A stretch of 63,494 nt of DNA, filler included, from Octopus bimaculoides (GCF_001194135.2; 7 parts of 7 records of this genome joined end to end with filler, not necessarily neighbours in it); one strand, 5' to 3'; shown: positions 37,151-50,410, counted from the whole stretch's first letter. Program-made: numbers and translations. The notes: generated by a model from the letters alone, not told the origin.

Positions 37151-37756
37151 CCCTCAAATCCATACACTCATTGCTACGGTTCTTCAGTTTTTCTAAGTCC
37201 TATAAAAAAAAATAAAAAAAACACGGAAGGTTGGGCCTCCAACAAGGCCTTTCGCCATACCCTTAAAGCTAGGAACTTTTCAGTACCCCCTTGTATGTGA
37301 AACATGGTTTCCTTGGGCCCGTCTTCATTCCGATGAAGATGACCAATCACCAGATCAGTAGTTTTATTCGTTGTTGGTCCTGGGTGGGGTTTATTTGACC
37401 AACATCTCCCAAATATGTAAAGCCGCACTGATTTCTGAGGTTGAGGTAGAATTGCGCAGTAACTACCCCCACTTTCTCCTCCTGCTCTTCTGGTATCCAT
37501 TTGCAAGTCAGACTCAAGACAACTGAGAAGTACCGGATACTACAGCTCCCAGAACGAGGCGTAACCAATCTTATAGCCTGCAGAGGCTCTACTCTTGAGT
37601 TTTTTTTTTCGAGTTGAATCCTTCAGTTATGCCTAAGAATAATCTGCTGGGAAGCAGACGGATTTGTCTTTGCCAGGAGCTTTTTAAAGCATGGTTTACT
37701 ATAAAAGCAAAGGAAAGATATACACGCGCTCACATGTCTGTGTGTGTGTGCGTGCG

Positions 37757-37825
<69 letters not shown>

Positions 37826-37826
37826 G

Positions 37827-37864
<38 letters not shown>

Positions 37865-37869
37865 CACGA

Positions 37870-38100
37870 GCTGGCGAGCTGGCAGAAACGTTAGCGCGCC
37901 GGGCGAAATGCTTAGCGGTAATTTCGTCTGCCGCTACGTTCTGAGTTCAAATTCCGCCGAGGTCGACTTTGCCTTTCATCCTTTCGGGGTCGATTAAATA
38001 AGTACCAGTTACGCACTGGCATCGATGTAATCGACTTCATCCGTTTGCCTGTCCTTGCTTGTCCCCTCTGTGTGTATTTCCTTGTGGGTAGTAAAGAAAT
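37870..38100 (+). mobile_element. SINE family A with Tx1-like tail, young copy
   Basis: Intact head GGCGAGCTGGCAGAAACGTTAGC, B box GAGTTCAAATTC, tail TTGTCCCCTCTGTGTG..CCTTGTGGGTAGTAAAGAAAT. Confidence 0.92.
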
Positions 38101-38389
38101 AACACACATGCACACACACACACATTTCTGATCAAAACCGTTGCGAGGGTGTGAGCTTTATATTTTGTTCATAAGAATTACTGGCAGGATATGCAACACA
38201 TTCTTGTCTGCGATGTTTCGTATTACCACGATCAATCACCAGGTTGTAGCACAATCGCTGCTACTTACTCGTCAGCCATTTGCAAAATGGCTGACAAGCA
38301 TTTCAAGCTGTACACATTCTTTTTCAACATTCTTGGAGTAGTTTTTATTTATCGGGATGAAGCAGACAAATGTCTTTACTAAGTGCAGA

Positions 38390-38589
38390 GAGGGGGCTGT
38401 GTGGTTTAGAAGCTCGATTTGCAACTAAATAGTCTCGAATCGAGTCCCACAGCTCAATTTGTAACCATATGATTCCGAGTTCAGTCTCACTGTGCGACAC
38501 CTGGGGCATGTATCTTCTAATATATCTCCGAGTCGTTCAATGCCATGCGAATGAAATTGATAGACAGAAACTATATGGAAGCTCGTCGT

Positions 38590-38590
<1 letters not shown>
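38390..38590 (-). mobile_element. SINE family B, 5' half, decayed
   Basis: Homologous to 42000-42160. Confidence 0.7.
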
Positions 38591-38629
<39 letters not shown>

Positions 38630-38630
38630 G

Positions 38631-38717
<87 letters not shown>

Positions 38718-39418
38718 ATAATGTAAGCAGAGTTAGCGGTTATAGTCAGCGACTAAGGGATAAAAATATCCGTATATACTATCGGTATCCATTACCAGGA
38801 TTATCCCGGGCAACGGTGTGCAGGCACACGATACACGTAGAGTGCAGATAACAACAGGATAAACAAGTGTTTATCAGGAACCAAATAATCAGAAAATGGA
38901 GAAAACCACAGATTAACCAACACAACGGTTGGGCCACATTTATAGCTTATTTTTTTAATACAAAACATGACATAACAAAATAGGTGACGTAACATATCTT
39001 ACGGCCGTTACTAATCCGATTGCCAAAATGCAGTCTATATATATTCGAGAATAAAATTCTTCATCTTCATAGGGCATTCGAATAAAGGCAACGGATCTTC
39101 ATCAGAGTGAAAAACAAGAGCATATAATATAAAACACACATATATGTGTGTGTGGGTGCGTGTGTTGTGCGTGTATGTGTGTTTGTGATTGTCACCCCAC
39201 GCCGCTTGAAAACCCGTGCTGGTCTGTTTTTGTTCACCTTCCCGCAACATGCCAGTTCGGCAAAAGAGTTCGATAAAATAAGAACGAAACTGCAACAATT
39301 AATATATAAATAAACAAATAAGCTATAGCATCAGAGGCAGAAATAATACCAAATGGCAATCTTTATCTTCAACTTAATGTGGATTGTTGTGTTAGAACAT
39401 AGAATACTACGTTATTTA

Positions 39419-39690
39419 CCCAGAGAGACCTTTCACATGGACGTGTGGTGTATGAAAGCACTCGTGTTTATATCGTTGACGGGCGATAGCCGTCCACTAC
39501 ATCGGCCGGAACTGCCAGAGCACGAGATTTTCGTTGATGGGAGAATCGGTTGCTATGTCGAGCTGGACGTCTGTCATTGACAAGACCGGGGTGTGGTGGG
39601 GACGAAATCACGTGATTTAGTAGATCCGGCAGCGGTATAAACACGAGTGCTCTTATGCACCACAAACCCATATGAAAGGGTCTCTCATGG
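39419..39690. mobile_element. TA-flanked MITE with imperfect TIRs of about 60 bp and GC/CpG-rich core
   Basis: TA|CCCAGAGAGACCTTTCACATGG..AGCACTCGTGTTTATA versus reverse complement TA|CCATGAGAGACCCTTTCATATGG..AGCACTCGTGTTTATA. Confidence 0.85.
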
Positions 39691-40107
39691 TACATAAAGA
39701 AGTATTTCATTTGCTAATACAACATCCACTTTCAGTGGAAGATAAATAAATAAATAAATACATGAATAAATAAATAATTACTGCAGTTGATTTGTTCGAC
39801 TAGCCCCTTTAGGCGGTGCCCCAGCATGGCCGCTGTTCAATGACTGAAACAAGTGAAGTATTTATATATAAAAGACAAAATATAACATATAACATCGCAA
39901 TTATGTAATGTAACAGATCGATCAAGTATGGATCTTATATGCTGGTCAGCGTGGTACAAAGGGAAAAAATGGGATTCTTTCAGCCATTAAGTTCCATCGT
40001 ACCGTAAACCATTAAGTCATCGATAAATTTGCCAGAAGTTTCTGCTAAAAGATTGTGATGAATTGGCTTACTTCAAAGTATTTTATCATTATTAATATTT
40101 TCAGTTT

Positions 40108-40510
40108 GGCGACGAGCTGGCAAAACTGTTAGCACGCTGTACGAAATGCTTAGCGGTGTTTCGCCCGTTGCTACGTTCTGAGTTCAAATTCCGCAGGAGT
40201 CGACTTTGCTTTTCATCCTTTCGAGGTCGACAAAGTAGGTAGCAGTTGAACACTGGGATCGATGTAATTGACTCATACCCCACCACCTCTCCCAAGCTGC
40301 CCTTGTGGCAAAAAAAAAAAAATTGAAATAATAATTATTATCATTATGAAGGCAGCGAGCTGGCCGAATCGTCAGCACACTGCACGAAATTCTTAGCGGT
40401 GTTTCACCCGTCGTTACGTTCTGAGTTCAAATTCCGCCGAGGTCGATTTTGCCTTTCATCTTTTCGGGGTCAATGAAATAAGTACTAGTTGAACACTGGA
40501 ATTGACGTCC
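40108..40510 (+). mobile_element. Two tandem SINE family A copies (40108-40325, 40352-40510)
   Basis: Two heads (GCGAGCTGGC) and two central blocks, separated by an A/(ATT)-rich tail. Confidence 0.9.
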
Positions 40511-40569
40511 TATCGCATTTCCAGAAAGGAAAGAAACAAACGCTTGTTTGTTTTTAACTGATATATTTC

Positions 40570-41075
40570 ATCAGAATAACATTTCTTCTCATTATCGATA
40601 AATAATCTCATCCATTTAGCAAATTGTTGATTCGTCGGGAGTAAAATTCTCCAAGTTTCGATACAAACAAACGCACTCAAAATCATTTTAAACTCCTTCA
40701 CAATTAACTTATTTTCCCTCTAAATAATATTTCAATTGTTTGGAAACGTGATAGTGAGATTGAGCAAGGTCAGGAGACGAAAGGCGACGAGGCAAAATTT
40801 CCATATTTAAGACTGTAATCCTCTCTTGATTGATTTGGACAATATGCCGTCTAGCATTATCGTGTAATTTACGATTGATAATGATAGGCACTTTTTGCGC
40901 AATGCTAACAATTAGCAACAATACTTCTCCGCATTAACCGTTTCGCTTTGGTTTAACATTTCATGATAGGCGACATCCTTCATATTCCACCAAACGGAGA
41001 AAATAACTTTTTCGCGTGTAATCCTGGTTTTCGGATGAATTCTCTTTTTTCGTTGGATGTCAACCATTTTCATTT
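40570..41075 (-). mobile_element. Mariner transposase C-terminal relic
   Basis: KVIFSVWWN, HEMLNQSETVNAEKYC, LHDNARRH and SSPDLAQSHYH. Confidence 0.85.
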
Positions 41076-41117
41076 TTTTTTTTTTTTTGATAGCAATTGT
41101 CGAAAGGACATAGGTGC

Positions 41118-41330
41118 TGCGTTGGCAGAATGAGTAGCACGTCGGACAAAATTGTTTACGGCGTTTCCTTTGTCTTTGTGGTCTGAGTTCAAACTCCACC
41201 GAGGTCGACATTACATTTCATAATTTCGGAGTCGATGAAATAAGGACCAGTCAAGTACTGGGATCGATGTAATCAACAAGCTCCTTCCCTAAAATTTCAG
41301 GCCTTGTGCCTTTAGTAGAACAGATTATAG
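41118..41330 (+). mobile_element. SINE family A
   Basis: GAGTTCAAACTCCACCGAGGTCGAC...AAAATTTCAGGCCTTGTGCCTTTAGTAGAA. Confidence 0.85.
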
Positions 41331-41520
41331 AGAAAACCCTTTTCATTACTTGTGGGAATTCTACCCAGGAAAGGTTCGATAACATGTCTACTATTCAACG
41401 ACGAGCAGGGAGCAACTCCTTGATTAAACTGGGAAGCAGACAGATGAGGGACTCACTGATCAAATAGAGACATACTTTCTAATTCATGAACGATATCATT
41501 GAAGTGTGACTCGAATTAAA

Positions 41521-41802
41521 CCGTTTTGCTAAATCTGATGCTGTTTCGTTAATTCCGCTGCAGTTTCGCTAATTCTGATGCAGTTTGGTTAATTCTGGTG
41601 TAGTTTCGCTAATTCTGATGCAGTTTCGCTAATTCTGAAGTGACATCGGAATTAGCGAAGCTGCATCGGAATTAGCGAAACTGTATCAGAATTAGCGAAA
41701 CTGCATCGGAATTAGCGAAACTGTAGCGGAATTAGCGAAGCTGCATCGGAATTAGATGCAGTTTCGCTAATTCCGATGTAGTTTCACTAATTCTGGTGCA
41801 GT
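41521..41802. repeat. 20-bp minisatellite (CTGATGCAGTTTCGCTAATT) arranged forward x5, inverted x5, forward x2.5
   Basis: Forward units 41535-41634, inverted units 41650-41749, forward again 41756-41802. Confidence 0.95.
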
Positions 41803-41994
41803 CTCCTCAACTACGGTTATATTTGCTGCCGCTCCCACAACTGAAGAGCCTCTTTTGAATTCATACAAAATACGGCGTTTGATGTGGTTCTGATCTAAAC
41901 TCATTTTAAGGAGGTAAAAATCGATTCGAATTTAACTAATGTAGTTTAAAGCAATCAGCTAAGAACAAAAAAAAAAAAAAGAAAAGCACACAAA

Positions 41995-42415
41995 CGCAGG
42001 GGTGGCTGTGTGGAAAGTAGCTTGCTTACCAACCATATGGTTCCGGGTTCAGTCGCACTGCGTGACACCTTGGGCAAGTGTCTTCTACTATAGCTTTGGG
42101 CCGAGCAAAGCCTTGTGAGTCGATTTGGTAGACGGAAACTGAAAGAAGCTCATCGCATATATATNNNNNNNNNNNNNNATATATGTATGTATGTATGTGT
42201 GTGTATATGTTTGTGTATTTGTGTTTGTTCACCCTACATCGCTTGACAACCGATGCTGGCGTGTTTACGTCCCCGTAAAGTAGCGGTCCGGCATAAGAGA
42301 CCGATAGAATTAGTACTAGGCTTACAAAAAATAAATCCCGGGGTCGATTTGCTCGACTAAAGGCGGTGCTCCAGCATGGCCACAGCAAATTGACTGAAAC
42401 AAATAAAAGAATAAC
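41995..42415 (+). mobile_element. SINE family B, full length with internal microsatellite
   Basis: A-box-like TGGCTGTGTGG, B-box-like GGTTCAGTC, tail GGCGGTGCTCCAGCATGGCCACAGCAAATTGACTGAAACAAATAAAAG. Confidence 0.92.
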
Positions 42416-43696
42416 AAAATGTCTTTACAATGGCTTGACCGTTTTTCCAATTCTTGTGGCTTTCAAAACTAACGAAATGTAAACAGTCCTGGAACGATAC
42501 CGTATCCTAAAGTTTTAATGGCTGTTAATCATAGATTAACAAAGTGTCTGACCTCCATATTTGATTGAGAGTGTCAACTGTCAAAAGAAGGCTGGCTGGC
42601 TGCCTGAGTTCACGCTTGGTTGCTCTGTCCATCAACATTGAAGAACTGTCATATACGTAATCAGGGATTAACACCCATTTAAAAATTTAGAATTCTTTCC
42701 AGCTTCAGGACTATACCGTATTTCACTACAGTGGAAAATCACGAGAATTGGGAAAGGAAGGGGTGGGGGGTCATGCAATTGTCTGAATCTTCTTAAAGTA
42801 CATTTTCAAATTCTTCTCTTTATACTTATAAGTCTTGTAGAGAAAAGAAAAAAAAAATATATATATATATATANNNNNNNNNNNNNNNNNNNNNNNNNNN
42901 NNNNNNNNNNNNNNNNNNNNNNNNNNNNNNNNNNNNNNNNNNNNNNNNNNNNNNNNNNNNNNNNNNNNNNNNNNNNNNNNNNNNNNNNNNNNNNNNNNNN
43001 NNNNNNNNNNNNNNNNNNNNNNNNNNNNNNNNNNNNNNNNNNNNNNNNNNNNNNNNNNNNNNNNNNNNNNNNNNNNNNNNNNNNNNNNNNNNNNNNNNNN
43101 NNNNNNNNNNNNNNNNNNNNNNNNNNNNNNNNNNNNNNNNNNNNNNNNNNNNNNNNNNNNNNNNNNNNNNNNNNNNNNNNNNNNNNNNNNNNNNNNNNNN
43201 NNNNNNNNNNNNNNNNNNNNNNNNNNNNNNNNNNNNNNNNNNNNNNNNNNNNNNNNNNNNNNNNNNNNNNNNNNNNNNNNNNNNNNNNNNNNNNNNNNNN
43301 NNNNNNNNNNNNNNNNNNNNNNNNNNNNNNNNNNNNNNNNNNNNNNNNNNNNNNNNNNNNNNNNNNNNNNNNNNNNNNNNNNNNNNNNNNNNNNNNNNNN
43401 NNNNNNNNNNNNNNNNNNNNNNNNNNNNNNNNNNNNNNNNNNNNNNNNNNNNNNNNNNNNNNNNNNNNNNNNNNNNNNNNNNNNNNNNNNNNNNNNNNNN
43501 NNNTATATATATATATACATATATATATATACTTACCCCCACGACACACACATACACATAGTAAAAGCTCGAATCGAACCTACAATCCCTAAAAAGAAAG
43601 GTTGTATTGGATAAATTAGTCCTGGATATGAATTTTGAGGTGTGATGGTCGCACCTAGACCGTCTTTGATCATATAACTATCTATCTATCTATCTA

Positions 43697-43727
<31 letters not shown>

Positions 43728-44319
43728 GGATGTCTGTCTGTCTGTGTGTCTGCCTGTCTGGCTGTCTGTCTGGCTGTCTGTCTATCTATCTTTGAACAAA
43801 GGTCAGTTCGACCAGACTTCAACTGTAGCGAAACAGCAACAATGTTTGCGTGTGCACGAGCGCGTGCTTATATAGATATGTGTATGTATGTGATTATGCG
43901 CGTGCATGCATGTGTGTGTGTGTGTGTGTGTGTCTGTAGATTGTGTGTGTGTGAGTGTCTGTAGATGTGTGCGTATGTACGAGTGCGCCTGCGTTTGTTT
44001 CTGGGGGAACGGCGTTATTTTAAAAGCTGTATCGCTAACAACCATTTTCATTCAGAAAGATAAGACGGAGAATGTCCAACAGCATCGATGAACCAAGGAA
44101 TTTTATTGTTCCCCAACAGCATATCAAAGAACTCCCAAGGAAGTGTGAATGTCCTCTAATAAAAAAAAGATAAAAGCGGAGCACAGCATGTGTACACTTG
44201 CCAGTGTATATAACATAATGCGAAGGGCTGTAAAATATATATAGATATAAATTAAACATGGCAGAAACATTAACGAACGCACAATTCAATACATTAGGTA
44301 AAGTGGACAGGCTTCGTTT

Positions 44320-44510
44320 ACCGTTTACTTGTTTCAGTCGTTGGACCGCGGTCATGCTGGAGCGCAGCCTTGAAGGTTTTAATCGAATTAAGTATGTATG
44401 CCTATTGTTTTCGGTCGTCTGCTTATTCTAGTTGTTTTTTTCTGTTGCCGAACCGCTAAGTTACGAGAACGGAAACGAGTCAGCAGTGGTCGACAAGCGG
44501 TGGTGGAAGA
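44320..44510 (-). mobile_element. SINE family B, 3' half
   Basis: Reverse complement has CGCTTGTCGACCACTGCTG, CTTAGCGGTTCGGCAAC and GCTCCAGCATGACCGCGG..GACTGAAACAAGTAAA. Confidence 0.75.
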
Positions 44511-44563
44511 CATACTTAAAAAAAAAAAATGACGCAGACACGCAGACACGCAGACACGCAAGC

Positions 44564-44628
<65 letters not shown>

Positions 44629-44780
44629 CCCCCCCTCTCTCTCTCTCTATCTATCTATCTACATGCATGCATACATACACNNNNNNNNNNNNNNNNNNNN
44701 NNNNNNNNNNNNNNNNNNNNNNNNTTAATTAATTAANNNNNNNNNNNNNNNNNNNNNNNNNNNNNNNNNNNNNNNNNNNN

Positions 44781-45160
44781 TTGTCTAGTGAATGCTTCAA
44801 AAAAAGATGGGTGAATGTAGCAAGGATGGCACGTGTAAATGACGGAGCCACCTTGAGCATAACACTATAAAAGAGTAAAAAAAAATCCAGACAAAAAACA
44901 AAAAGGCAAAAGAGAGTCACTTACTGTTATAGTTTCTGTAATGACAATATTGGCCAAGGCTACCGTGGTCTTTTCCGTAGGCTTTTCTTTCCACGGCTAA
45001 ACCTAAATTATCCTCCCCTCTTTTTACACGAGAACATTACTGTGTGTTACACGATCCATATTGATCGCTTTTTTTTTTTTCTCGGTCCCTTTTGATCGAC
45101 ACACCCCTACATTGTATCTATCCCATCTTTGTTGAGCCCTGTGTGGCTAATAAAAGAAAT
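44781..45160 (+). mobile_element. Tx1-type LINE 3' end (ORF2 tail plus 3' UTR) ending in (ATCT)n
   Basis: LSSECFKKRWVNVARMARVNDGATLSITL* then a UTR ending GAGCCCTGTGTGGCTAATAAAAGAAAT followed by (ATCT)n. Confidence 0.88.
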
Positions 45161-45216
45161 GTATCTATCTATCTATCTATCTACCTATCAATTTCACCCC
45201 CGCTCTTTTTCTCTCA

Positions 45217-45281
<65 letters not shown>

Positions 45282-46099
45282 CATATATATAACGCCAGGT
45301 TATTAGTATCGCTATGACATAACGAAATATGTATATATATCTCTCTTCCCCTCTCTCTCACTCTCTTTCTCTTCCTTTCTTTCTCCCCCCCAATACCCCT
45401 CTTCCCTCTCTCTCACTCTCTTTCTCTTCCTCTCTTTCTCTTCCTCTCTTTCTCTTCCTCTCTTTCTCTTCCTCTCTTTCTCTTCCTCTCTTTCTCCCCC
45501 CATACCCACCTTCCCNNNNNNNNNNNNNNNNNNNNNNNNNNNNNNNNNNNNNNNNNNNNNNNNNNNNNNNNNNNNNNNNNNNNNNNNNNNNNNNNNNNNN
45601 NNNNNNNNNNNNNNNNNNNNNNNNNNNNNNNNNNNNNNNNNNNNNNNNNNNNNNNNNNNNNNNNNNNNNNNNNNNNNNNNNNNNNNNNNNNNNNNNNNNN
45701 NNNNNNNNNNNNNNNNNNNNNNNNNNNNNNNNNNNNNNNNNNNNNNNNNNNNNNNNNNNNNNNNNNNNNNNNNNNNNNNNNNNNNNNNNNNNNNNNNNNN
45801 NNNNNNNNNNNNNNNNNNNNNNNNNNNNNNNNNNNNNNNNNNNNNNNNNNNNNNNNNNNNNNNNNNNNNNNNNNNNNNNNNNNNNNNNNNNNNNNNNNNN
45901 NNNNNNNNNNNNNNNNNNNNNNNNNNNNNNNNNNNNNNNNNNNNNNNNNNNNNNNNNNNNNNNNNNNNNNNNNNNNNNNNNNNNNNNNNNNNNNNNNNNN
46001 NNNNNNNNNNNNNNNNNNNNNNNNNNNNNNNNNNNNNNNNNNNNNNNNNTTTGTTATCTCCCCCTTTCTTAGCTCTCCTGAAATAAGAATTTCTAACTT

Positions 46100-46324
46100 C
46101 CGGTCAGTCATTGTTATGATCGGCCATTATTATGATTGACCGTTGACTGAACACTATTCAATTTTTTTTCTCCGTGTTTTTCTCCTTGTCTCCGTATTCT
46201 TTCTGTTGAAGAGCGTAGCTCGAAACGTCAAAGACTTTCCGTATTCCCGAGCGTCATACTAATATATACTTTTGTTATTTACACCACCTGTCCTCGTCTG
46301 TTGTTATTTTTTGTATATTCTCCC

Positions 46325-46330
<6 letters not shown>
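46100..46330 (+). mobile_element. Minimal-hammerhead-bearing repeat (copy 3 of 3)
   Basis: TCTTT CTGTTGA A GAGC GTA GCTC GAAA CGTC AAAGA at 46198-46234; inverted relative to 6493-6700. Confidence 0.65.
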
Positions 46331-46377
<47 letters not shown>

Positions 46378-46473
46378 ATGGAGCTGCTTTTACTTCGTAC
46401 GTAAGTATGTTTTTGTGTGTGAGTGTCTGTGTGTGTGGAAAAAAAGAAAGAGAGAGAGAGTGAGAGAGAGAGT

Positions 46474-46513
<40 letters not shown>

Positions 46514-46516
46514 GGC

Positions 46517-46547
<31 letters not shown>

Positions 46548-47292
46548 TAGAGAAGACACAAAGTCAAATTCAAAGTCAGATGCGGTATTACTGTAGTATT
46601 TCCTCTTGAAATTCGGTGCCTTTATTCATATCCGTTTTGTGTAATATATTCATATTTATTTGTGTTTTTAAGTATTTATTTATTTTATTTATTCATGTAT
46701 TCATTTAAGTATTTATGATTCTCTATTTCTCCTAACAAATACCATTTGCTTTGCCATGAAATTTAATAGAGACTCTCCCTTCCACTTTTTTTTTTTTTAA
46801 TTCTCATTGTAACGGTACCAAAAATATAACGCAATTCTTGCCTAACAACAAAACAGTTAAAATAAAAGAAACAACAACAAAAAGAAAAACAACAAAACAT
46901 CAAACCATTAACGAAATAAACATTTAAAGAAATCCTCATAAAAAATCATGACAAAAGAATATATATATACATACGCAAAAATATCTTGTAAACTAATCAA
47001 CGGCTAAACCACAAATTTTAATATAATACTGGTGTATACACACATCGACTAAACTGTGACAAGATTCTAAAGGAAGTAATAAGGCTTCATGCACGTGTGA
47101 CCAGAAGACCGCAACTAAATATACCAAATGAACTGCATCGTCAAAACAACGTTCGGAGTTTTGTTTGTATTATTTGCACAATGAACTTCACAAATATCCG
47201 AACGGTCCATTCTAGTTGGTTAGTTTAATTTAGCCAAATAATTTTATATTGCATATAGGCTATATGCATACACGCATGCATGCATGCATGTA

Positions 47293-47328
<36 letters not shown>

Positions 47329-47337
47329 TGTATACCT

Positions 47338-47395
<58 letters not shown>

Positions 47396-47718
47396 TATAT
47401 ATATATGGGGGGTGCAAGTGTGTATATATGTATGCGTGTATATAGGACCGTATGCATGTATGTATATGTGTGCGTTGAATTTAAATATATATGTATGTAG
47501 AATCTGTGTATGCATCTGTCTATGCATGTGTATATCTGTATACGTGCGTATGTATGAAATGTATATATGTATGTGTGTGTATGTATGTATGTATGCATAT
47601 AGGTACATATGCTTGTATGTATATGCGTTGAATACATATATATACATATGTAGAATCTGTATATGTCTGTATCTGTCTATGCATGTATATATCTATATAT
47701 GTGTGTGTATGTATGTAA

Positions 47719-47791
<73 letters not shown>

Positions 47792-48026
47792 ATATGTACA
47801 CGGTATATAAGTATGTATTTACAGGGAAGAGGATATGTTTATTGTCTTTTTAGAGAAGGATTGCATTTCGCTCCTTTGTTTGTTGTCTTTTTTTTTCTCG
47901 TTATATATATTTTATTGCGAATATATGTTTGTTTTTGTTTATTACGTTTCAATTTTTCCTTTGTTATCATTAGCGTCATTGTTGTTGCGGCAGTGTGTTC
48001 AATAACAATAATTGCTGTTGTTGTTG

Positions 48027-48133
<107 letters not shown>

Positions 48134-48597
48134 NNNNNNNNNNNNNNNNNNNNNNNNNNNNNNNNNNNNNNNNNNNNNNNNNNNNNNNNNNNNNNNNNNN
48201 NNNNNNNNNNNNNNNNNNNNNNNNNNNNNNNNNNNNNNNNNNNNNNNNNNNNNNNNNNNNNNNNNNNNNNNNNNNNNNNNNNNNNNNNNNNNNNNNNNNN
48301 NNNNNNNNNNNNNNNNNNNNNNNNNNNNNNNNNNNNNNNNNNNNNNNNNNNNNNNNNNNNNNNNNNNNNNNNNNNNNNNNNNNNNNNNNNNNNNNNNNNN
48401 NNNNNNNNNNNNNNNNNNNNNNNNNNNNNNNNGCACACACACACATATGCAAACACATGCACCTCTGTATATGAGTGCGAATGTGTTGGCTTATGATACC
48501 TCAATATTACAACTTGTAAAACATTATATAGTGTACAAGACAGGGTGTTATAAACCACCAAAGATAGAAAAAGACATACAAGAAATATATATATATC

Positions 48598-48690
<93 letters not shown>

Positions 48691-48753
48691 GCTCTTACTC
48701 TTTGTATATGATATATATATGAGATATATATTAAACATAAGTGTGTGTGTGTG

Positions 48754-48787
<34 letters not shown>

Positions 48788-49339
48788 TATATGTATGTAT
48801 GTATGTATATATTAATAATTAACCGAAAACGAAATACGATAAAAACGGGACAAGCAAAAAATAATATATGAATAAGCAAAACATATATAAATATGTAAAC
48901 GAACTTCGAGAGACAAAACTGTTTTTTGTTTGCGATAAATGAATATATGCAACCCAATTTTTAAGGGAAAAAAAAACGTTTAACTGCCTGCTTAAAATAC
49001 ATAAATAGGCTGGAAGAGTTGAGGCCAACCAGCAGCTAGTTCGTTCCAATCGATTGCTCATACACAAAAATAGGGATCTGCATGGCAGGGACCGACAATT
49101 GTATTTGAAATTAGCTCATAAACTGGTTTAAATACCCAGATAAGGAAATAAATAAATAAATATATAACAATTCCTGCGTAACGGGTACACGTGTATGGTT
49201 TTCTACGTGTTTTCTGGCCATTGGTTTCGTTTATATTGATGTGACTTTACCAGTATGTGAGGTCACATTTGAGCGTATACGAGTGTACGACGAATGTGAT
49301 GAGCGGGGAGTTTCGTGATTGTGTACGTGTGTGTGGTGT

Positions 49340-49378
<39 letters not shown>

Positions 49379-49403
49379 TGTAGAACGTTTTTGNNNNNNN
49401 NNN

Positions 49404-49446
<43 letters not shown>

Positions 49447-49779
49447 TGTAGAACGTTTTTGTCTTTTTACAATATTACAGTTATATGGATTTTTGTGCGT
49501 GTCCACGTACATATACATAGAAGCGTATACGCATACATAGTTACACACACATACACACACACATACATATATATATTAGATTTGTGTGTATGTGTGTGTA
49601 TACTTGGAGGGAATAGTGAAGGGGAGAAATGAGGAGGAGGAGAAGAGCATGTATGATGATGAGGTGAGGACAAAGAATAAGTAACCAGGAAGGATGAACA
49701 GCTTAGTTCAATGTTGAAAAGGAAATCAAAACTATAAAACCACAGAAAAACATCAAGGGTACCGTCCTTATATCACCGA

Positions 49780-49845
49780 TACCGCCATCATCATCACTAC
49801 CACCACCACCACCACCACCGCCACCACCATTATCATCATCATCAT

Positions 49846-49900
<55 letters not shown>

Positions 49901-50162
49901 GCCATCGTCATCACACACGCCTATACCACCTATATCACCACCACCACAATTATAATCATCGTGATCACCATCACCATCGTCATCATCATCATCATCATCA
50001 TCGTCGTCGTCGTCGTCATCGTCATCAGCATTCAACAACAACAGGAAGAAAATCCTTATCGTCAGGTTTGTAGTGTTTCAGTTGCCTTCCTATTAAAATA
50101 ACTTTTGCTCGTTGTATTTATCGTGTAATTACTACTACTACTACTACTATTACCACCACCAT

Positions 50163-50224
<62 letters not shown>

Positions 50225-50227
50225 TTA

Positions 50228-50267
<40 letters not shown>

Positions 50268-50331
50268 ACCATTTTGGTTAATGAAATCATCATTACTGCT
50301 ACTACTATCACCACCACCATTACTACAACTA

Positions 50332-50372
<41 letters not shown>

Positions 50373-50410
50373 ATTACGACTACAACTATCACTATCACTA
50401 CTACTACACC
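49780..50410. repeat. Compound trinucleotide cluster (CAT, ACC, ACT, ATT, GCT)
   Basis: Directly visible; source of the poly-D/G/S/V ORFs. Confidence 0.95.

Noticed and set aside
37174-37506. 110-aa ORF in relatively GC-rich sequence
   Set aside because: No motif recognised; adjacent to an RTE fragment and probably a decayed retroelement part. A BLAST search would be needed.
41521-41802. CRISPR-like array
   Set aside because: Units are contiguous with no unique spacers, there are no cas genes, and the context is eukaryotic. Reported instead as a fold-back minisatellite.
44082-44092. GCATCGATGAA resembling 5.8S rRNA
   Set aside because: An 11-nt match only; the flanks do not resemble rRNA.
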